UHGV virus genome: UHGV-0173695 | Origin: a virus | Strand: one strand, 5' to 3' | DNA length: 24,637 nucleotides | Shown: positions 23,595-24,637 of the stretch, one piece after another | Layout of the letters: each line of letters starts with the position of its first letter | How positions within the stretch are numbered: position 1 is the stretch's first letter | Notes under the pieces: model-generated | Databases searched by the model: none | What the model was told of the DNA's origin: nothing | The model's input: only the letters and a program-made list of their open reading frames with translations | Translations under genes and position numbers: made by a program

Positions 23595-24587
23595 ATGTCG
23601 ATTAAGCAACTCAAAGACGGACGTTATCAGGTCGATGTCAGACCGCAGGGGGCGGAAGGAAAGCGGATTCGAAAAATCTTTGCCCTGAAATCAAAGGCTC
23701 AGGAGTTTGAGAAGTATGTGTTACAGAACTTTCATGACAAGCCATGGCAGGCTAAGCCAGCTGATCAGCGGCGATTATCAGAGCTGCTTGATGCGTGGTG
23801 GATGCTTGATGGGCGTAATCAGGCTTACGGGGATAGCTACAGGGTTAGGCTAGGGAAGGTTGTTCGTGAAATGGGAGATCCTCGCGCCAGTCAGATGACG
23901 CGAAAATTTATGCTTGAATATCGGTCAGAGAAATTACAGGCCGGATTAATGCCGTCCAGTATTAATCGTGACTTATGCGTACTGTCTACCATGTTCACGG
24001 TGCTGATTGAAGCTGAGGTCTTTCACAACGCGAACCCTGTACGCGGTATACGAAAACTGAAAGTTCAGAACACAGAGATGGCCTTTCTTTCTGATGATGA
24101 GATTGAACGGCTTCTTGAGCGACTGGAGGGTGATGCGCGTCGTGTTGCCATTCTGTGTCTTTCTACTGGTGCCCGATGGAGTGAAGCATCGGAACTACGT
24201 GGAGAGCATATCGTTGGCAACCGGGTGACGTTCTTTAACACCAAAAACGGAAAATCCCGTTCGGTTCCTGTGGCGGATTCGGTCGTGCCTCTGATTAAAA
24301 CCCGTCGAACGGGGTTATTGTATCAGGTTGATTATCTGAAGTTCCGGGAGATTCTTCAGGAGGTGAAACCGGATTTGCCGAAGGGGCAGGCTACGCATGT
24401 CATGCGTCATACATTTGCCACACACTTTATGATGAATGGCGGAAATATTGTTACGTTGCAACGAATCCTGGGGCACGCAACGATTCAGCAAACAATGACG
24501 TACGCTCATTTTTCGCCGGACTTCTTACAGGACGCGATCAACTTTAATCCGCTGGCTGAAAGTGTCCATAAACTGTCCATCGATTAG
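23595..24587 (+). CDS. int: Tyrosine integrase (P2 Int family)
   Basis: 330 aa; C-terminal catalytic region HVMRHTFATHFMMNGGNIVTLQRILGHATIQQTMTYAHF (R-H-x-x-R...Y); located after C and at the prophage edge as in P2. Confidence 0.95.
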   Translation: MSIKQLKDGRYQVDVRPQGAEGKRIRKIFALKSKAQEFEKYVLQNFHDKPWQAKPADQRRLSELLDAWWMLDGRNQAYGDSYRVRLGKVVREMGDPRASQMTRKFMLEYRSEKLQAGLMPSSINRDLCVLSTMFTVLIEAEVFHNANPVRGIRKLKVQNTEMAFLSDDEIERLLERLEGDARRVAILCLSTGARWSEASELRGEHIVGNRVTFFNTKNGKSRSVPVADSVVPLIKTRRTGLLYQVDYLKFREILQEVKPDLPKGQATHVMRHTFATHFMMNGGNIVTLQRILGHATIQQTMTYAHFSPDFLQDAINFNPLAESVHKLSID

Positions 24588-24637
24588 TTATAATTTGTGT
24601 TAATTTGTTCCCCCTGTTTTGGCTTATTCGTTGAAAA

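Larger units (their letters stand above)
1..24637. mobile_element. P2-like (Peduovirus-type) prophage, partial; tail/baseplate, lysis, head, terminase/portal, cos region, cargo locus, replication, early region, immunity and integrase modules
   Basis: Gene order H-I-J-W-V-S-R-lysis-X-L-M-N-O then divergent P-Q, then A, cox, C, int, matching the P2 map in reverse orientation; tightly packed genes with overlapping stop/start codons (ATGA, TGATG). Left edge is inside gene H; right edge is about 50 bp past int. Confidence 0.9.

Noticed and set aside
24588-24637. tRNA gene at the integration end
   Set aside because: The 50 bp after int are AT-rich with no cloverleaf-compatible structure; too short to judge and no evidence.

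Overview
This window is a near-complete segment of a P2-like (Peduovirus-type) temperate prophage, in the opposite orientation to the standard P2 map. From left to right: the tail-fiber/baseplate/tail-completion genes H (partial), I, J, W, V, S, R; a lysis cassette (holin, M15-peptidase endolysin, overlapping i-/o-spanins); the head genes X, L, M, N, O on the minus strand; the divergent terminase ATPase P and portal Q on the plus strand; a repeat-rich region where cos is expected; a variable cargo locus at the position of P2 tin/old; the replication gene A; a run of small early genes; a Cox-like protein; the divergent C-type repressor; and the integrase at the right edge. All homology calls are by recall of protein families from the translated ORFs, not by database search. 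The most interesting content is in the cargo locus between cos and gene A: a ParM/ParR-like type II partition cassette with a parC-like repeat pair, plus two small genes of unknown function. A second AT-rich island with a convergent gene pair sits just downstream of cox. I found no tRNA, rRNA, CRISPR array or IS element.
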